Positions 22,517-24,000 of a DNA stretch of 24,000 bases are shown here, one piece after another. Location: NCBI GenBank assembly GCA_038748405.1, contig JBCDIX010000020.1, forward strand, positions 51,457-75,456. The letters run 5' to 3'. Source of the DNA: Cyanobacteria bacterium P01_H01_bin.21. GTDB taxonomy: Bacteria > Cyanobacteriota > Cyanobacteriia > Phormidesmidales > Phormidesmidaceae. The translations under genes were made by a program, and so were the position numbers. Each line of letters begins with the position of its first letter. Position 1 is the first letter of the stretch. The notes beneath the pieces were generated by a model. The model saw only the letters and a program-made list of their open reading frames with translations. It made no database searches and was not told the DNA's origin.

Positions 22517-23611
22517 CTATTGAAAGACGTTCTGAAAAATTTCTAGACGTGTGATGTCGCGGGCAATCAACATGCCACCCAACCCTAAAAACAGTAGCAG
22601 ACCCGTTTGCATAACACTTTCTTGAAGCCGTTTTGGCAACGGTTTGCCGGTGAGGGCCTCTACCAGCAAGAAAGCAAGTTGGCCACCGTCTAAAGCTGGC
22701 AAGGGCAAAATATTAATAATGGCCAGGTTAACGCTAATCAGCGCAGTAAAAGGAAACAGGCTGATGATGTTGCTGTCCGCCATCGTGCGGCCCTGGTCAA
22801 CAATGCCAACAGGGCTTGAGACTTGGCTGGACATCTCAGAAAAATTGGTCGCTAAGGCCAAAAACCCCTCGGCTGTGCGCACAAACACATTTTGAAATTC
22901 ATCGGCTGCAAACTTAAGCACCTCAACGGGGTTGCCAGAGCGTCTGTAGCTAAATCTGCCGTTAGGATATAGCTGAACACCAATAACGGGCTTACCTTCT
23001 GGCGATACATCTGGTGTAACCGTTAGGGCAAGCTCTTGTTTACCCCGCTGTATGAGTAAATCAACCGGCTCTTGAGGGCTGTTTTGAATAGCGTCAATCA
23101 GGACTTGCACATTTTCTTCGCCCTGGTTGAGGGGCTGATTGTCGACCGAGAGAATAATATCGCCTGCTTTGATGCCCGCCTGGGCCGCTGGAGACGTGCT
23201 AGACATTACCTGGGGAATAAGCACACCGGGCTCGGGTACAAAGCTCTGGGGAACGCCCACACTGGTGAACTGAACCACGAAAACTAAATAGGCAAAAATC
23301 AGGTTGGCAATTACACCCGCACTCATCACAATCGCCCGATCCATTACTGGTCGGTTTTGCAGCAGGTTCGGATCATCAGGTGCAAAACTCGTATCAGAGT
23401 CTTCTTCCATGGGGAAACCGACAAAACCACCCAGAGGCAATGCCCTGAGGGCATATTCTGTCCGAGAGCCCTGGAATTTCCACAGAATTGGGCCAAAGCC
23501 AATGGAAAACCGATTGACATGGATGCCCTGAAATCGAGCAGCTAGGAAATGGCCCAGCTCATGGACAAAAATCAGAAGAGCAATGACAGAGATAACGGCC
23601 AGAACGGACAT
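22517..23611 (-). CDS. rseP: RIP zinc metalloprotease (site-2 protease, RseP/M50 family) with PDZ domain
   Basis: 364 aa. The HExxH motif lies in TM1 (FVHELGHFLAARF). A central PDZ-like region is present (PAAQAGIKAGDIILSVDNQPL). The C-terminus has the NxxPxxxLDG motif (NLAIINILPLPALDGGQL). Confidence 0.9.
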   Translation of the reverse strand: MSVLAVISVIALLIFVHELGHFLAARFQGIHVNRFSIGFGPILWKFQGSRTEYALRALPLGGFVGFPMEEDSDTSFAPDDPNLLQNRPVMDRAIVMSAGVIANLIFAYLVFVVQFTSVGVPQSFVPEPGVLIPQVMSSTSPAAQAGIKAGDIILSVDNQPLNQGEENVQVLIDAIQNSPQEPVDLLIQRGKQELALTVTPDVSPEGKPVIGVQLYPNGRFSYRRSGNPVEVLKFAADEFQNVFVRTAEGFLALATNFSEMSSQVSSPVGIVDQGRTMADSNIISLFPFTALISVNLAIINILPLPALDGGQLAFLLVEALTGKPLPKRLQESVMQTGLLLFLGLGGMLIARDITRLEIFQNVFQ

Positions 23612-23794
23612 AGACGAAAGTAATTAGGGCAGTAAACCTAGCCTTTAGAACACTGGCGGAGACGCCCCTAACTAGAGATAAAGTCCGTAGAGGGTTGAGC
23701 GTTCAGCACTGGGAGAAAGCCAAGTATTTTACAAAAAGCGTTTGGTATATTTCTCATTCTACCGTTCTGCTCCATTGGGTGTCGGGTAAATGCT

Positions 23795-24000
<206 letters not shown>

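Noticed and set aside
16449-23545. Remaining short track ORFs inside the GGDEF/EAL, HK and rseP genes (17282-17572, 17866-18093, 20009-20212, 20125-20322, 20476-20682, 20675-20863, 22644-22895, 23072-23287, 23304-23531, 23357-23545). The same reasoning applies to those inside atzE-like, futA, stf0, ndhJ, ndhK and ndhC (3795-3992, 4538-4756, 7098-7346, 9041-9298, 9624-9839, 10067-10291, 10688-10882).
   Set aside because: All are nested in other frames or strands of genes with strong domain evidence. None has an SD sequence or a recognisable motif.

Overview
Cyanobacterial chromosomal DNA. Evidence: nine copies of the HIP1 octamer GCGATCGC, plus psbEFLJ, ycf48, rubA and ndhCKJ. There are about 30 tightly packed genes, mostly recognisable core functions.

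Gene order, left to right:
- 5' part of a Ppx/GppA phosphatase (-).
- A urate-to-allantoin operon hpxO-uraH-uraD (-). It is divergent from a three-gene operon (+) encoding a 107-aa orphan, a 66-aa AtzG-like protein and an AtzE-family amidase.
- A secreted pentapeptide-repeat protein (+), convergent on fur (-) with only 9 bp between the stop codons.
- fur, divergent from futA/idiA (+), which is followed by a PiuC-type Fe(II)/2OG hydroxylase (+).
- An AT-rich Stf0-type sulfotransferase (-) immediately downstream of ndhC-ndhK-ndhJ (-).
- rubA-ycf48-psbE-psbF-psbL-psbJ (+). psbF, psbL and psbJ are absent from the ORF track, whose shortest entry is 61 aa, and were read by hand.
- A candidate 36-codon membrane micro-ORF (-).
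- A roughly 670-aa very acidic orphan protein (-).
- A signalling cluster: histidine kinase, stand-alone REC, and REC-PAS-PAS-GGDEF-EAL (all -).
- rpsN, nth, an RseP-type site-2 protease and the 3' end of serS (all -).

I saw no CRISPR array, tRNA/rRNA, transposase, integrase or recognisable defence gene, and I do not see a clear-cut novel system. The best candidates for undescribed biology are:
1. The physical coupling of a complete urate-oxidation operon to an orphan/AtzG/AtzE-like amidase operon.
2. The acidic three-module orphan protein together with the adjacent micro-ORF beside psbEFLJ.
3. The compositionally foreign sulfotransferase appended to ndhCKJ.

All functional calls come from motif and sequence recognition by eye. 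No searches or computations were run.
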